Shown piece by piece: positions 25,746 through 39,641 of a stretch of DNA of 64,000 nucleotides. Both the position numbers and the translations under genes were made by a program. The notes under the pieces are model-generated. The model did no database searches, was not told the origin of the DNA, and was given only the letters and a program-made list of their open reading frames with translations. The DNA comes from Octopus vulgaris (lineage: Eukaryota), in assembly GCA_951406725.2 (NCBI GenBank), contig OX597823.1, forward strand, positions 89,094,001 through 89,158,000, written 5' to 3'. Position 1 is the first letter of the stretch. Each line of letters opens with the position of its first letter.

Positions 25746-26895
25746 ATAGAGTAAATGGACAATATAGAGTAAATTCCAAAGTACTTAATCCAATATACTG
25801 TACAAGTAAACAGCATTGTAGTTGTGCGAAAAGACTCTCCAGTTGTTGACCTAGAAAACTGCAAGTGAAGTGATAGCTTGTAGTGTGATTGAACAGACAG
25901 TACAAAATTTTTCATACAATAGACTTCACACTGTGTTTACTATGGTTGATGCAACAGCATATAGTGGTCGGTTCCATACAATACTGGGGTTGGTTCAATT
26001 ATCTGCTGTCGTTGATCAATTAGACACGCTATTGAGGTAAATTCAGTAGTATAACATGGTTGATCTTTAAATTGTGATTATTGAATAGATTATTGTGATT
26101 GATAATATTCAATTAAGAAAAGAATACGAGTATAGTCCTTTTTTCAGTAAAGACATTTTCAAAATAATTATGCCCTTTTCTGTTAAAGAAAAAACACAAA
26201 CTTGTACTCACTTAAGATAAACTAACTAAACTCTATTCAGTCTTATACGCTCGCCGCCTTTTATTATGAAACTGAAGACAGGGAGACTCTACATGCTCAC
26301 AAGATTTGCTTGTAAAAACTCTAGATGTTTTTCCTTTCTTAAAAGCTAAACAGACTTAAAACAGAGGAATAGTGCCGTCGATAATGTATTCATACAAACA
26401 CAAAAGAAATGCAAAACAAGAATATGCAGAACAAGAATATGCAGCCGTGGCTGGAACACTAATGAACATAGGTCATCTCATGCAGGGCTAACATAGAATA
26501 CATACGGCCTCGGTCAAGGAATCTTTATATGTAGATAGATTAGGCTGTGTTAGATTACATGTTTAAATAGATTAGGTCATTGTGGATTACGGGTTTTGGC
26601 GTAGCAACGTTTTCAGCGTTGATATGTCAAAACTAGATTCAAACAAGCGATATTTTGGAGAATCCTTTGATATCATATGAAGCCAGCTATCCAAATCTCT
26701 TATATTGTGCAATCACTGAATCATACATTGCTTCGAATTACAAATCCGGAGACTCATAGCTTAGGGAAAAATACATGTCCAGAAATGTTTAGAATAGAAT
26801 TCGTTTTATATGTGTTGCTACTTTTTCTCCGTCTCGCCGAGACATGTTTTATCTTTTCATAAGTACGACTGATATTTTTCTGAGTAGTAGTTGAT

Positions 26896-26963
<68 letters not shown>

Positions 26964-27133
26964 AATATAGATAGACAGACAGAAAGACATAAAGAGAGAT
27001 AGATATAGATATCATCAACGTATGTATATGTATATATATATAAATGTATATATGCAAATACATGCATCTATATGTTATATATATATATATATATATATAT
27101 ACATACACACATAGGTACATGTATGTATGTATG

Positions 27134-27180
<47 letters not shown>

Positions 27181-28264
27181 GCACATATGCATATGTACAT
27201 TTATTCATGTATATTATTCATATATATTTATATTTGTGTGTGTGTGTGTGTATTTATATATATACATACAGCCACACAAAAATAATTCTCAGGCAAATCA
27301 CGTGACATTTGCATAGTCTACTGCTGAATTGGATGTAAGAGAATTTTTCTTTGAACGAACATTTTCTATAGATATTCAAGTTAAGTTAAGTTCACGGCAT
27401 CCGTCCAAGAACCTGCTTGGCAAAGAATTGAGAGCTGCGCATATAAATCAAAAGGAACTCATAAGAAGTAACATAGTTACGATAAATACAGGAATTATGC
27501 TGTTCTGCAGCAGTAATCGCCAGAGCTTACAAATTAACTAAGTGCGTGCCAAGGCCTCGATTTCAAAAAATAGAAACTATGACTGGAAATTGAAGTATTT
27601 CATTCTCAGACAAAAATCAGTCAACTGTAAAATATTTATTTTCCTTTTTATTTGTAACATTAGAGAACGGGAAAGAAACGTTACACCGTCGTATGCTTCC
27701 GGTTAATTGAATATCTTTGAACAGGAGTTCGATCCCTGTTTGCGTTATTTAATTTCAAATCTCCCACATAGTACGATTCCAGCGTTATGTGCCCTCAACG
27801 AATAATCTACTTCGATGTACATGACGCTTCAAAAACGGAGGAAAGTCTGTATAGTCTATCTATCTGCTGGAAATAATAATCAAATTGCTTCGAAATCAAA
27901 CACCACTGTTGTATAGAACAAAGGATGAAATAGACCAGGAACTGGCTAAGTGGTCAATGCTGATCACTATGGGATATATGTGGTTATCGAAGGGAATGAT
28001 GAATATTAAATATTGAACAATTTCAATAGATAGCACTGAAATTTTAATGTTCTTCATCAATTTCAATTAATTACTTTAAAGATTTCTTACTAAAAAGCGG
28101 TAATGACACGCAAGAAGGAAGGAAATGGTCTCTTTAACTCAAGAAATGCTTTAATTAATTATAGTTTTCAGTTTTATTTCAGAAATTTACACGTGTAAGT
28201 CAATAAGTTATGAACGATTCCACGACTCTCTCTCGCCACCGTCCGATGCATTTCTGTACAACTA

Positions 28265-28465
28265 AGTCGGTGACCTGGCAGAACCGTTAGCACGCCGGAC
28301 AAAATGCTTAACGGTATTCCGTTCGTCGTTACGTTCCAAGTTCAAATTCCAACGAAGTTGACTGTTTTCCATCCATTTTTAATCGATAAAATAAATAATA
28401 GTTGATGGCTGGGGTCGATATAAACGACTTAGTTTTCCCCACTTGAGCCAAAATTTGAAACTAAT
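28265..28465 (+). mobile_element. SINE family A copy
   Basis: ctggcagaaccgttagcacgccggacaaaatgct...agttcaaattcc. Confidence 0.82.
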
Positions 28466-29439
28466 ATATTTCTGTGTGATTATTCTTACATAACTAGTTG
28501 AGAAGTATACGGCGAAGAGTTAAGTCTCTTAATTCTGGTTTCCGAGATAGATGCCCAATGATAATATTCAGAACAATAATTGAAAGAGCAACTATGATAA
28601 TAGCTATTGCTCCTAGAAAAGATTCAATTTAAGAGGTGACAAAATTGTAATTAGATTACTAAATTTCACATAGAATTTGTCTGAGATAAACATTTCCAAG
28701 CAGCAATGCTTCCCCAGTAGTTTAACCGATAACAGTGAATTTAAGATATTAAGCGATCAATTCGTGTTCGTGTAGTCCACATAGATTTTCTTAACCTTCA
28801 GAAAATAAACAAAGCAAGAAGCAAAACACACATTAATGCAACCTATTAATAATTTCTATCGCTGTTGGTTGTCTAAAGCAAGCGAGTGAAGTAGAGCAAA
28901 AGACATAGATTACGTAGTTACCTTTCATAAAACGCAACGTAAACCAATGATGTGTATTTCATTAGCTTTATGGTCTAATAAAGGAGTTAAATTGAAAACA
29001 ACGATAACTAGCAACATACAGATTAAGCGGACGTAACACTGGTGCGGAAAATAAAACAAATAATCGGCCTTACGGTTTTCATTTCCATGTATAGTAATAA
29101 TGTTACTGTCATAAACATGATTATTATTTTGTTTCTGCGGTCATACTAGAGCACCACCTATGCGAGTAGTAACTAATTGTATTGTTATATGCAACGTGTA
29201 ACAAAACCGGAGGCTCACGTTTTGAGTTCTCTGAAGTAACAGCAGAGATCCGCATTGACTCGAGTTACATGCATACATACATACATACATACATACATAC
29301 ATACATACATACATACATACATACGTACGTACGTACGTACATACATACATAAATACATACATACATACATACATACATACATACATACATACATACATGC
29401 ATGAGCTAAATATTGCCAACAAATGTACATCCTCAGTAG

Positions 29440-29590
29440 ACATGCACGGTATTCCATACGCCAGACGATGTCCAAGTGATCACATGAAATGAAGCGTTTT
29501 CCTCAGGAACACACTTCCAGGTCTGCGAATCGAAACCACCAACTCGCAATCGTGGGTGCAACGCCTTAACAACTAAGCCACGCGCTCTCA
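29440..29590 (-). mobile_element. SINE family C 5' part (another decayed copy at ~33070-33300, minus strand)
   Basis: Reverse complement reads gcgtggcttagttgttaag...ttcgattc...gtgttcctgaggaaaacgcttcatttca, matching 29934. Confidence 0.7.
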
Positions 29591-29933
29591 CATACAGCTC
29601 ATGTACAGCAATTGGTTGAACATCTTTCTCGGAAGCGAGAAGCTACCAATCACATACATATGTTCATACGTGTATGAACTTATGTACGATTGTATGTATC
29701 TATATTAATCTAATAAAGAAAACTGGATGATCACAGACTTTCTTTGAAAGTGTTATCCTGGTGGTAACCAACAGCAATTGTCCTGCGATTGAATGAACTG
29801 CTGAATTTAGCACCGATAATTCGCTTAACTCAAGCTCAGGTATTGTAAACATGTTAGTTAAGGTTATCCTTCAGATGGCTTCAAGGTGGAAATTTTTCTT
29901 TCAGAAATTACCTTGGGTCAACTTGGCCAGCTT

Positions 29934-30272
29934 GGGTGCATGGTTTAGTGGTTAGTTTATTCGGCTCACGATCGTAAAGTCTTGAGTTCGATTCTCGGCG
30001 TTGTGTCCTTGAGCAAGACACTTCATTTCATGTTTCCCCAGTCCACTCACCTGGCGAAAATAATTTGTACCAATAATCCAAACGGTCAGCTTTGTCAGAC
30101 TGTGACACGCTGAATGTCCCCAAGGACTACGTTAAGGGCATGTCTGCGGAGTGTTCAGCCACTTGCACGTAAATTTCAGGATTAGGTTGTTCAGTTGACG
30201 ATATCAACTAGTACACTCATCGTCGCAACCGACGGAGAGCCAGGCCCACCTGCGACTAAACAACAACAATAA
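29934..30272 (+). mobile_element. SINE family C (tRNA head and gtgtccttgagcaagacactt central domain)
   Basis: A box tggtttagtgg, B box gagttcgattc, (CAA)n tail. Confidence 0.85.
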
Positions 30273-32436
30273 CAGTTGGTTTGTTAAATATAAATCGAGT
30301 TTTGCGATTTGATTGATTGATAATCTCTTCTTTCCCATTTCCTGCGTTTCCAATTTCTCATAAATTCGAATATAAATGCACCGAAACTAAAATCGGAACA
30401 CTGTGACATCAGTGAGGATTTCGTCTCCATGCAGTACTCTAATGTGTATAGAACAGAGAAGCCACTCATTCCGGAAACCTTTTGTTGCATTTTACTACAA
30501 AGAAATAATAAAAACGACGTATAAAGTCGGTGAATCTTTTCAGCAGGGAATCAAACCTGCACCGCAAACTCCATTTAGAAACTCAGAGACATTTTAAAGG
30601 ATTATAAATATTTATTAATCTCATGCATTATCCCTGAACAGAGTTAGTCGTAGTAGCTGTTGCTGTTATTGTTGTCATAGATTGTTGTTTATTGTTGTGT
30701 TTGTTTCACCGATCAGTTCTGTATGAGGAGACATATGACCAAAGAGATTCCAGCCACGACTATCTCTTCTTGGTACATATCTTAGATATATTTGTCAACG
30801 TGTCCTCCCTTATTAAAAATAGTGAGTTTTGAATGGATGGAATTTGATTGTTATTTCTAGCAAATATATTAATCACTTAGTATTTTCCCTCATTTGTTTA
30901 ATTTTTAGTGATGACAGATATCGATCATTGATTAATCCATCCCAATGACTTCGGATGGTTGGAATTTGGTATATTAGAATAAAACGGCATCAGAAGAGGT
31001 GGAAAATATTTACGATTGATTTGAATCAACCCTGACCGAAACATAAGCTATTTTTACCCACTGTCTTTAAAGACTCCATCCACTCTCATCAGTAGATGAA
31101 CCTATCAACTTTGTTGTTTTTTATATTTCGGCTAGTTGATAATATTGGAGTTGTATTCCTTTCCTCTTATTTTTTTATGGAATTCTGAACACCATTCTAC
31201 AAATGTTCTCGAAATTTCGATTCTAGAATAGAGTAGAGAAAACAACTTGATAGAGGAATGCTAATAACACAAATCCCACGGACATGTTGCACGTCTCACA
31301 GAGATCAGGTAGACCCGTGCAGCATTGGCATTCAAGGGAGTGGAAGAGAGCTATCGCAAGGCCTCACACACAATGTTTAGATGACGTAGTTTAAAACTCG
31401 TTCTGAAATGAATGAGGTCACAATAAAAGGAAGTGCATTAATAACACCGATGTATAAAGGCATCTGATAGTCTGGAAGATAACGAGATAGAACGCTATTA
31501 TATTTTTGGGATTATAAGTGTTGTATTTTTCATTTTTATCATGTATTGTTATGCATTGCCAATATTCGCCAATATTGCAAAACTGTGTAATACACTGCAC
31601 TCAACTTTCAATATCCACTTACAGAAATAGATATATGCTTAAAATTAAATATTTTTAATTAGATCTTTGGAAAAAATGGAGAATGGCTTACTGTCCATTA
31701 CGTTGTTTGTGCTTTAATCTCCTCAATAATACAGATTGAAAATAAAAGAGAATTAATTACAATTAGCTCTAATGCATTTGCTACGAGTATTTTCTATTTT
31801 AGAGAACAAAAGCCAACAATGTTTCTATTTTTTATCCGTGAATTTAATATTCCTAAACTAATTTTCTAGAAAAACATCATAAATTTCAGGAGCCAAGTCA
31901 ATATATAGTGTTTACTTTGCTTTTTCTATGAAGGGCATTAATTATTTATGTATAAAACAAATGATTTACAATATAGAACAATAACAGTATTTGAGAAAAA
32001 CAAGAACACGTAATAATATATACCATATATATGTATTTATATTCTTTCACAATCTTTCACTTTAATTCCATGAGAGTATATCCCATAAAATGAACATTTT
32101 TAAACAGTTAAAGGGTCTTTATTACTGCAATATTTGTGATATATATTTCATATAGGGTATGCTTTAGATTTGGTGTGATATTTTACTTTCTCTTCCGAAA
32201 ATACAAAGTATAAGAGCAAGTTCGATTATGTGTATAATAGTTTTAAGCTACAGTTCATTTTTTTTCACAAATCTGTAAAAGGAGATGCAGCGCTGACCTT
32301 AGCTTGATAGTGAAACTGGTTTGCTTGTTGTCCAGTTTAGGCCTGTCTAATCAACTTTATATCTACGAGTTCCAATCGTAACTAATGACGTTCGGTGAAA
32401 GAGCTTCGGAGTGTCTTCTTTGCATTATGCATATTG

Positions 32437-32642
32437 CTTTCAACTTTTTGGTACAAGGCCAGCAAGCTCAAGGGGAAGTCGATTACATCGACGCCATTGC
32501 TCAACTAGGACTTTTTTTTATCACCTCCAAAAGGATGTCAGGTGAAGTGGGCCTCGGCGGAATTTGAACTTGAAACATAAAGAAGGACAAAAAGCCGCTA
32601 AGCATTTTCCCATGGTGCTAACGATTCTGCCAGATGGCAGCC
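32437..32642 (-). mobile_element. SINE family A copy
   Basis: cctcggcggaatttgaact...gctaacgattctgccag. Confidence 0.82.
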
Positions 32643-33939
32643 TTTTTCACATAATATATATAACAAAGTTATACGACAATCTGACAATATACTAATAGAT
32701 CTAGTAAGGTAAGCTACAAGCGTATTGTTGGATATACTCATTCACATCGATCCTGCTGTGTCCAATTTCTAACTTGTGTATAAATATAACACGTACCATA
32801 ACCGGTTTTTTGAAGCTTACCTTTAAAACAGCAGAAGATATATTAGATAAAATAGAAACATGTAACCGGGACGTCATAATACACTAAGGTATTGCAGAGA
32901 ATAGTCAGGGATTTCGTGATAATTTGAATTTAAGTAACACCATTTTCTAACGATCTTTAAGCCTGTATTCTAAACGAAGCAAAAATTACGGAGCGAGTGA
33001 GAAAACAGAATTAGGGTAATAGATAATTTTCCTCTGCAGATTATATTTTGTATGGTTAGTTCAATTACTCGGTAAGGACCATAGGTCCAGTTTCATGGTT
33101 TCTCTGGCATATGTGTTCTCCCTGGAACAGGGTCACCGGTTCATCACGTGATTACTCATTTTTACCTGGTTTATAAACTGGAGCAACGTGAAATGAAGTG
33201 TTTTGCTCAAAAATACAACGCATCGCTCGTTACAGAAATCGTAACCGCAAACTTACGATCATTAATACAGCACATTAACCACTAAGCTTTGTGCTTCTAC
33301 TGGAGTAAAATAAAGACGTCGCATGTCTTAAAGATTGGAAATATAGTAATGGGATCATAGTAACGCTAGAAATTATTGGAATTAGATTTACCAAAATTGC
33401 ATTTTTTGTATGCAGAATCTCATGAAATTATTCAAAAATATCAGCCCATATTTATACATAGTTTAATTTTGTCATTAAAAATCGAAATAATATTTGTAAA
33501 TGGTCGCTTATCAAGCCGTCTACTGTGCATCTAGATGTTCATTCGATCTGCTCGAAATAGTAGTAAAACCTCACTTATCGCACACTATTATGTTGCAGGC
33601 TGGGGTCGTATCGATCGATGTATAGTGTTTTCTAATCATGGATAAAATGACATTTGCCGTTGGTCTAATTGATCACAGCTGACTTGGGGTTAGATAAAAA
33701 CTTATTGATCAATACATCATATTTATCGACTGATCATTTGATCGTCTTTTTTCAGTTGATCTGATGGTGCAAGCGATTATCGACTGATTGATGTGATTTC
33801 CTGCTCCAGTTTTAAAGTTGTATTCATCGTCACGCTAAATGTTAAGTGAGCCGGGGACGAAAATATTTAACCTCGGCATTACGATCTAAAAAGCTATTTG
33901 TCAATGATACATTCATTTTGATATTTACACACTAAATAA

Positions 33940-34141
33940 GGTGGCGAGCTTCCACGACGGGTAAAATGCTTAGCGGCATTTTGCCAGCCTTAACGTTGTG
34001 AGTTCAAATTCCGCCGAGGTTAACTTTGTCCTTCATCCTCTCGGAACTGATAAAAGTAAGCACCAGTTTAGTAATGGGGGCCGATGTAAACGGCTTACCT
34101 CCTCTACCGAAAATGTTGGCATTTTCCCAAAATTTGAAACC
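33940..34141 (+). mobile_element. SINE family A copy
   Basis: ggtggcgagct...gagttcaaattccgccgaggttaactttgtccttcatcctctcgg. Confidence 0.82.
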
Positions 34142-35154
34142 GATATTTACAAACTAATTGCAGTGTAAATAACGATATGAAGAATTTGCTCGAATTCACA
34201 AGCAAGTGTCTCTCTAAGCGCATCTTACAGTTTTAACAATGAAAAAGACAAGTTGGATAATGTAGTACTAGATATTCTAGGTCATCAAAAAAGATAGAGT
34301 AGTTATGATGCTAATACAAGAATTGACTTCATGCTTAAAAACATAAAGCAACCCAAAGAAACTGGTTATTTATGTTACATATGTATTACATATATAAACC
34401 AGTTCCATATAGAATGGTAACGATGAAGCAGAACTGGCTTTCAAAACTGAATTGTTCAACGCAAACAGAAATTACTAATTGGATGGTATAATGCAATTTT
34501 CAGGTCATTAATTTCGAGACTAAGTCTCTTAATATTTTCATCTACACTATGGATCAACAGAACCTGTGGCTCTCCATCTCAGATCATATGACAATATCTT
34601 GAAAGTACAGTGTTTATATTGCATAACGGAGAGCAGAGTTTATTACATCTGAAAAATGTCAGATAGTTCCCACCTGAATACCTTTGATTTTAAATCTAAT
34701 CGGTTGTCAAACATATGGTGCTTGTTTAATCCATAGGATTTGCTTGAACTGTGCAGACTATCTTAGATCAACATTGACACTCCCAGAGATTAGATTTTGC
34801 GATTCAGTTCTGAAATCTGATTTCGAAATCTGTTGAACTGTAGTAAATACTTGGCTAGTAGTGCCTAACATCCATTAAGATGTAATTCATGGTTGGTCAC
34901 TTTCTTATATAAGCCAAATCATGTGAGGAAGGATGACGTCTTTGGAGGACTCAAAACACATTATTTATTAAGTTTTCAATGCCATCATTCTGAAGGACAT
35001 ATTATTGGGAAGAGGTATTTATGTGGTATTTATGGTAAAAACAGCAGCTCATCATCTGAGGTACAGGGTCATCTTTGCTATGCAGTTCATTAGCAAGCAA
35101 TGTTCATACTCAAGGTTTATTAATCTAAACTCTATTATGATATATATATATATA

Positions 35155-36243
35155 TCGTCGGCTCCGGCTTACATTCGAGCATCCAGTCTCCTCTCCAGAT
35201 GTCTGTCCCGAATGTAGCTCTGGAGTCCAAGTCGTTGGTGAAAGAGTCGTGGGCAGAATTTGCGCAGGAGGGTCAATGCGAATCGAGGATGTTGAAGACG
35301 CTCCTTTCTTCTCCAGCGTTTTACTTATCCATGGCAATATGTTCCCATGAGGATGGCTCGAGGATAGGTTGAGCCGGGGTCCATTTAAGCTGGTCTTTAA
35401 AACGGAAGTTTGGGCCTCTTCTGAGTCTTGTTCCGATTGCAAGTTCTCCGAAGAGCATGATCCTCGGGAGACAAGAGGGTTCCATACACTGCAGGTGAGA
35501 CGAAGGCGAAGAATCGTAGCTTCAACGCTTGGTAGTGAGACGCGGCGAAGAACCTCATTGTTGTTAATGTGATCTTCCCATCGAATACTGAGGGACTACC
35601 GTAGTATGGATTGCTGAAAACATTCAAGGCGCTTGAAGCCACGGTGGTACAGCGTCCAAGTCTCACAAGCGTATAGAAGAGTTGATAGGACAATGGCAAG
35701 GAAGACCATGATCTTTATCCAGACCCGCGTGATTGTAGAATACACGTCTGCTGAGTCTACCGAAGGCGGAGTGGCTTCTCCAAGTTTTTTTCACACCTGG
35801 GAGTCTTCGGAAGAATACATGCAAGGTATGAGAGGTGCTCAAATTCTAGACGTTGGCCGTTGATGCTAATGTTCGAAGGTTCTCTGTTCTAGCCTGGTGC
35901 AGGTTGATTCAGGGTTTTGCTCTTTAATATGTTTACCTGCATCCCGAAGCGTTCATAAGCCGCGTTGTAAAGAATGCCGTCTTTTCTAGGCCTTCTACGG
36001 CATCTCATGGACTAGGATGGCGGTTTTGCACGGAGATGTGCGAGATTGAAGAGTCTGCAATCCAACCGTTAGCGCATGTTCATGGAAGACGAGTCCAGTG
36101 GGATTTCGTTGAACATGGCGGCCATGTACAAAGAGAAACAGATTGGTGCCAGAATGCATCCTTGCTTAAGTCTCTGAGTGATGGGAAACTGGTATGTACG
36201 GGCATTTTGACGACATACCCAACCCACCATGCCGTCGTGAAGG
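35155..36243 (-). pseudogene. RTE-clade LINE fragment (3' half of RT)
   Basis: Minus-strand QFPITQRLKQGCILAPICFSLYMAAMF (RT QG motif) and downstream RTE-type remnants; truncated at the SINE at 36245. Confidence 0.8.
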
Positions 36244-36244
36244 G

Positions 36245-36409
36245 AGCGCAGGAGTGGCTGTGTGGTAAGTAGCTTGCTTACCAACCACATGGTTCCGGGT
36301 TCAGTCCCACTGCGTGGCACCTTGGACAAGTGTCTTCTACTATAGCCTCGGGCCGACCGAAGCCTTGTGAGTGGATTTGGTAGACGGAAACTGAAAGAAG
36401 CCCGTCGCA

Positions 36410-36455
<46 letters not shown>

Positions 36456-36670
36456 CGTGTGTGTTTGTGTGTCTGTGTTTGTCACCCTAGTATTGCTTGA
36501 CAACCGATGCTGGTGTGTTTATGTCCCCGTCACATAGCGGTTCGGCAAAAGTACTGGGCTTACAACGAATAAGTCCCGGGTCGAGTTGCTCGATTAAAGG
36601 TGGTGCTCCAGCATGGCCGCAGTGAAATGACTGAAACAAGTAAAAGAGTAAAAGAGTAAAAGAGTAAAGA

Positions 36671-36672
<2 letters not shown>
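36245..36672 (+). mobile_element. Near full-length SINE family B
   Basis: Colinear with 25295-25745 apart from a small internal deletion. Confidence 0.93.
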
Positions 36673-36738
<66 letters not shown>

Positions 36739-36744
<6 letters not shown>

Positions 36745-37427
36745 ATAGTTATCGCCATACTAATATGGCATTCTTATAAAAATAAGAAAAGCTGTCCGCT
36801 TATTAGCTCCATGAGGCCATCGCCTTAAGTTAGCTATTTGATACACAAACTGTATCCATATAACCTTCGAACAAGGGAGGCCTTAAGCTAACTTAAGGCG
36901 ATGGCCTCATGGAGCTAATAAGCGGACAGCTTTTTTCTTATTTTTATAAGAATGCCATATTAGTATGGCGATAACTATTATTTTCCGGGAACGCTGCCGC
37001 TGTTCTCTTTTAGAGAGACTTAGTTATTTTAATATTTCTATTATTGAAAACAAGTGGATGTATTCCACCGAAACTAGGTAAATAAAACCATCGAACAGAG
37101 ATTGTCGGAAGCGACACCTACTGGCTGGCTACGCTGCATTGAAAAGGGGCAATACCCCGAAACGCGTCTGTAGCTGCCGGTCAAGTAGTGTGGAGCGACT
37201 GACCTCCCTTGTTCGAAGGTTATATGGATACAGTTTGTGTATCAAATAGCTAACTTAAGGCGATGGCCTCATGGAGCTAATAAGCGGACAGCTTTTTTCT
37301 TATTTTTATAAGAATGCCATATTAGTATGGCGATAACTATTATTTTCCGGGAACGCTGCCGCTGTTCTCTTTTAGAGAGACTTAGTTATTTTAATATTTC
37401 TATTATATATTTCTATTTTAATATTTC

Positions 37428-37430
<3 letters not shown>
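36739..37430. mobile_element. Retrozyme-like element H2: 362-bp monomer (~1.44 units) preceded by a 142-bp inverted arm; inside (TA)n
   Basis: 36886-37044 is repeated at 37248-37406 (period 362). 36739-36880 is the reverse complement of 37203-37346 apart from a 2-nt homopolymer difference. Flanked by (TA)n on both sides. Confidence 0.92.
37133..37174 (+). ncRNA. Type-I hammerhead ribozyme with U3-A8 covariant core (H2)
   Basis: GCTGCA-TTGAAAA-GGGG-caata-CCCC-GAAAC-GC-GTC-TGTAGC. Stem I extends through GGCTGGC/GCCGGTC. Palindromic ACGCGT stem III; GUC triplet with predicted cut after 37168. Confidence 0.88.
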
Positions 37431-37475
<45 letters not shown>

Positions 37476-37479
37476 GTAC

Positions 37480-37612
37480 GATAGATCCTTTCAGTTTCCG
37501 TCTACCAAATCCACTCAAAAAGCTTTCGTCGGCAAGTAGCTATAGTAGAAGACATCCAAGAATTGTGCTACGCAGTAGAACTGAACTCGGAAACATGTTG
37601 TTGGAAGGACTT
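37480..37612 (-). mobile_element. SINE family B head fragment
   Basis: ctttcagtttccgtctaccaaatccactca...gctatagtagaagaca. Confidence 0.8.
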
Positions 37613-37644
37613 ATTAGTTGATTGGTATTAATATGTATATACTG

Positions 37645-37846
<202 letters not shown>

Positions 37847-38644
37847 AGTTCTTTTGTTTTGTTTTGATTTTTTGCATGATGTTCAAGTAAATAACGCCTC
37901 CAAAACTTGACCACTATTTTACCACAAAATCATATTTGTCCATATTTATTAAATGAAAAGTTACGATTACTGCCGCACTTGCTTGTATTCTCTGTAATTT
38001 GTACTTGCACCTAATTTGTACTCTCTTTAGTGCTGGAACTACCTTGACAATCATATGGACCTCAGATTCTATCGTGTGAATTAGGTAATATCCCTTCTTC
38101 ACTGAACAGAGTGCCAATCTATTACAAGTAACAATGACAGATCTTCTGCTACTATCTAACTTGGCAATGAAATAATGGATAGTTCTGACTTTGAGTTGAA
38201 AACCCTGCAGAGGAATTGAAACCCTTAATTATGTACAAGTATCATTAACGTAATCCATATCCCCATTATGCTTCCAATCAGACGTATTTCTGTTCGGTGA
38301 CAATTTCTAACAGATTTTCCTTTTTTTTTTTAAATGCTAGTTCTATGTTTTGTGCCCGTTGATCATTTCGCATGAACTAAATTCAATATATTTAGTGTCA
38401 CATAATACATAACGCCAAATCATATCCTAAAAGCTTTTAGCAAAACTCATTAGTAAAATCATGTATTAGCACGCCCCTCAAAAAATAAATGTAGTAAATA
38501 AACATGATATACATTGCGATATTGTTTATATTTTGTATTCCACGTTATCACTAGAAATATATCAATAATATTAATATAATAAACTGATGGAATCGGTAGA
38601 GTGCCGATTTAAACTTGCTCTTAAATTATCATCATCATCATTAC

Positions 38645-38698
<54 letters not shown>

Positions 38699-38725
38699 CA
38701 TTATTATTATTATTATTATTATTAT

Positions 38726-38866
38726 TCAGTAGTTTTATTTTTATAGCGTGCTTTCACTTCACTACCGAGCGCAGCTCTGTGTGCCTTGGGTATGTGCTGT
38801 GATTTGTTGTGATGCTCTAATGTTTATTGTATGGAAAGTGTTGGTATTGGATGGTATTGTATGGAA
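38726..38866 (-). mobile_element. 3' end of an R4/Dong-like LINE embedded in (TAA)n
   Basis: Minus strand aacactttccatacaataa (TLSIQ*, resembling the R4-type C-terminus), then a ~100-nt UTR running into (AAT)n; TAA tracts on both sides. Confidence 0.6.
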
Positions 38867-38926
<60 letters not shown>

Positions 38927-38942
38927 GTTATTGCTATTGTTA

Positions 38943-39000
<58 letters not shown>

Positions 39001-39001
<1 letters not shown>

Positions 39002-39460
39002 GAGTGAGAGAGCAGTGCATGTCATCAAACTGACACTGGGGTAAAATACACGAAGCCCAGTATACCCATCATAACTACTCGTCTCATAAGGGTACACCAG
39101 ATACATACATCACAATCATATGTGCGAAACATGATTTCATATCAAGATAAACAGCACATGACCTTGCAAGTGGGACCCAGTTAGAATTTTCTGCAGGTCG
39201 AGTAGCCCATACCACTCAAAAGGTCCCTGAATAAGGGTTTTTAAGAACGTTGAACGAAACACCCATATTTCCGGAGGTGAATTATTCAAACCCCAAAGAA
39301 TTCCTCTCAACACATGGGCATGATGCTCCCCAACTACTTCTACTCGTGACAAGAGATGCGCATATCGTCAACCACTAAGGGACATGCGCAAATGGTTATG
39401 GTCAAACAACTGACAAGCAAATCTGTGGTATTGAGCAGAATATTTGCTGTAGTCCATCTT
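39001..39460. mobile_element. ~460-bp non-coding interspersed repeat flanked by (TAA)n; second copy at ~49400-49850
   Basis: Colinear blocks ataaacagcacatgaccttgc, caaaaggtcc.tgaata, gtgaattattcaa.cccca, atgatgctcccc and tttgctgtag.ccatctt occur in both copies. Confidence 0.85.
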
Positions 39461-39493
39461 TATTATTATTGTTCTTATTTATGTTAATATTAA

Positions 39494-39535
<42 letters not shown>

Positions 39536-39603
39536 CATTATTATTGTTGTTGTTGTTGTTGTTATTGTTATTATTATTGTTATTATTGTTGTTGTTGTTG
39601 TTG

Positions 39604-39641
<38 letters not shown>

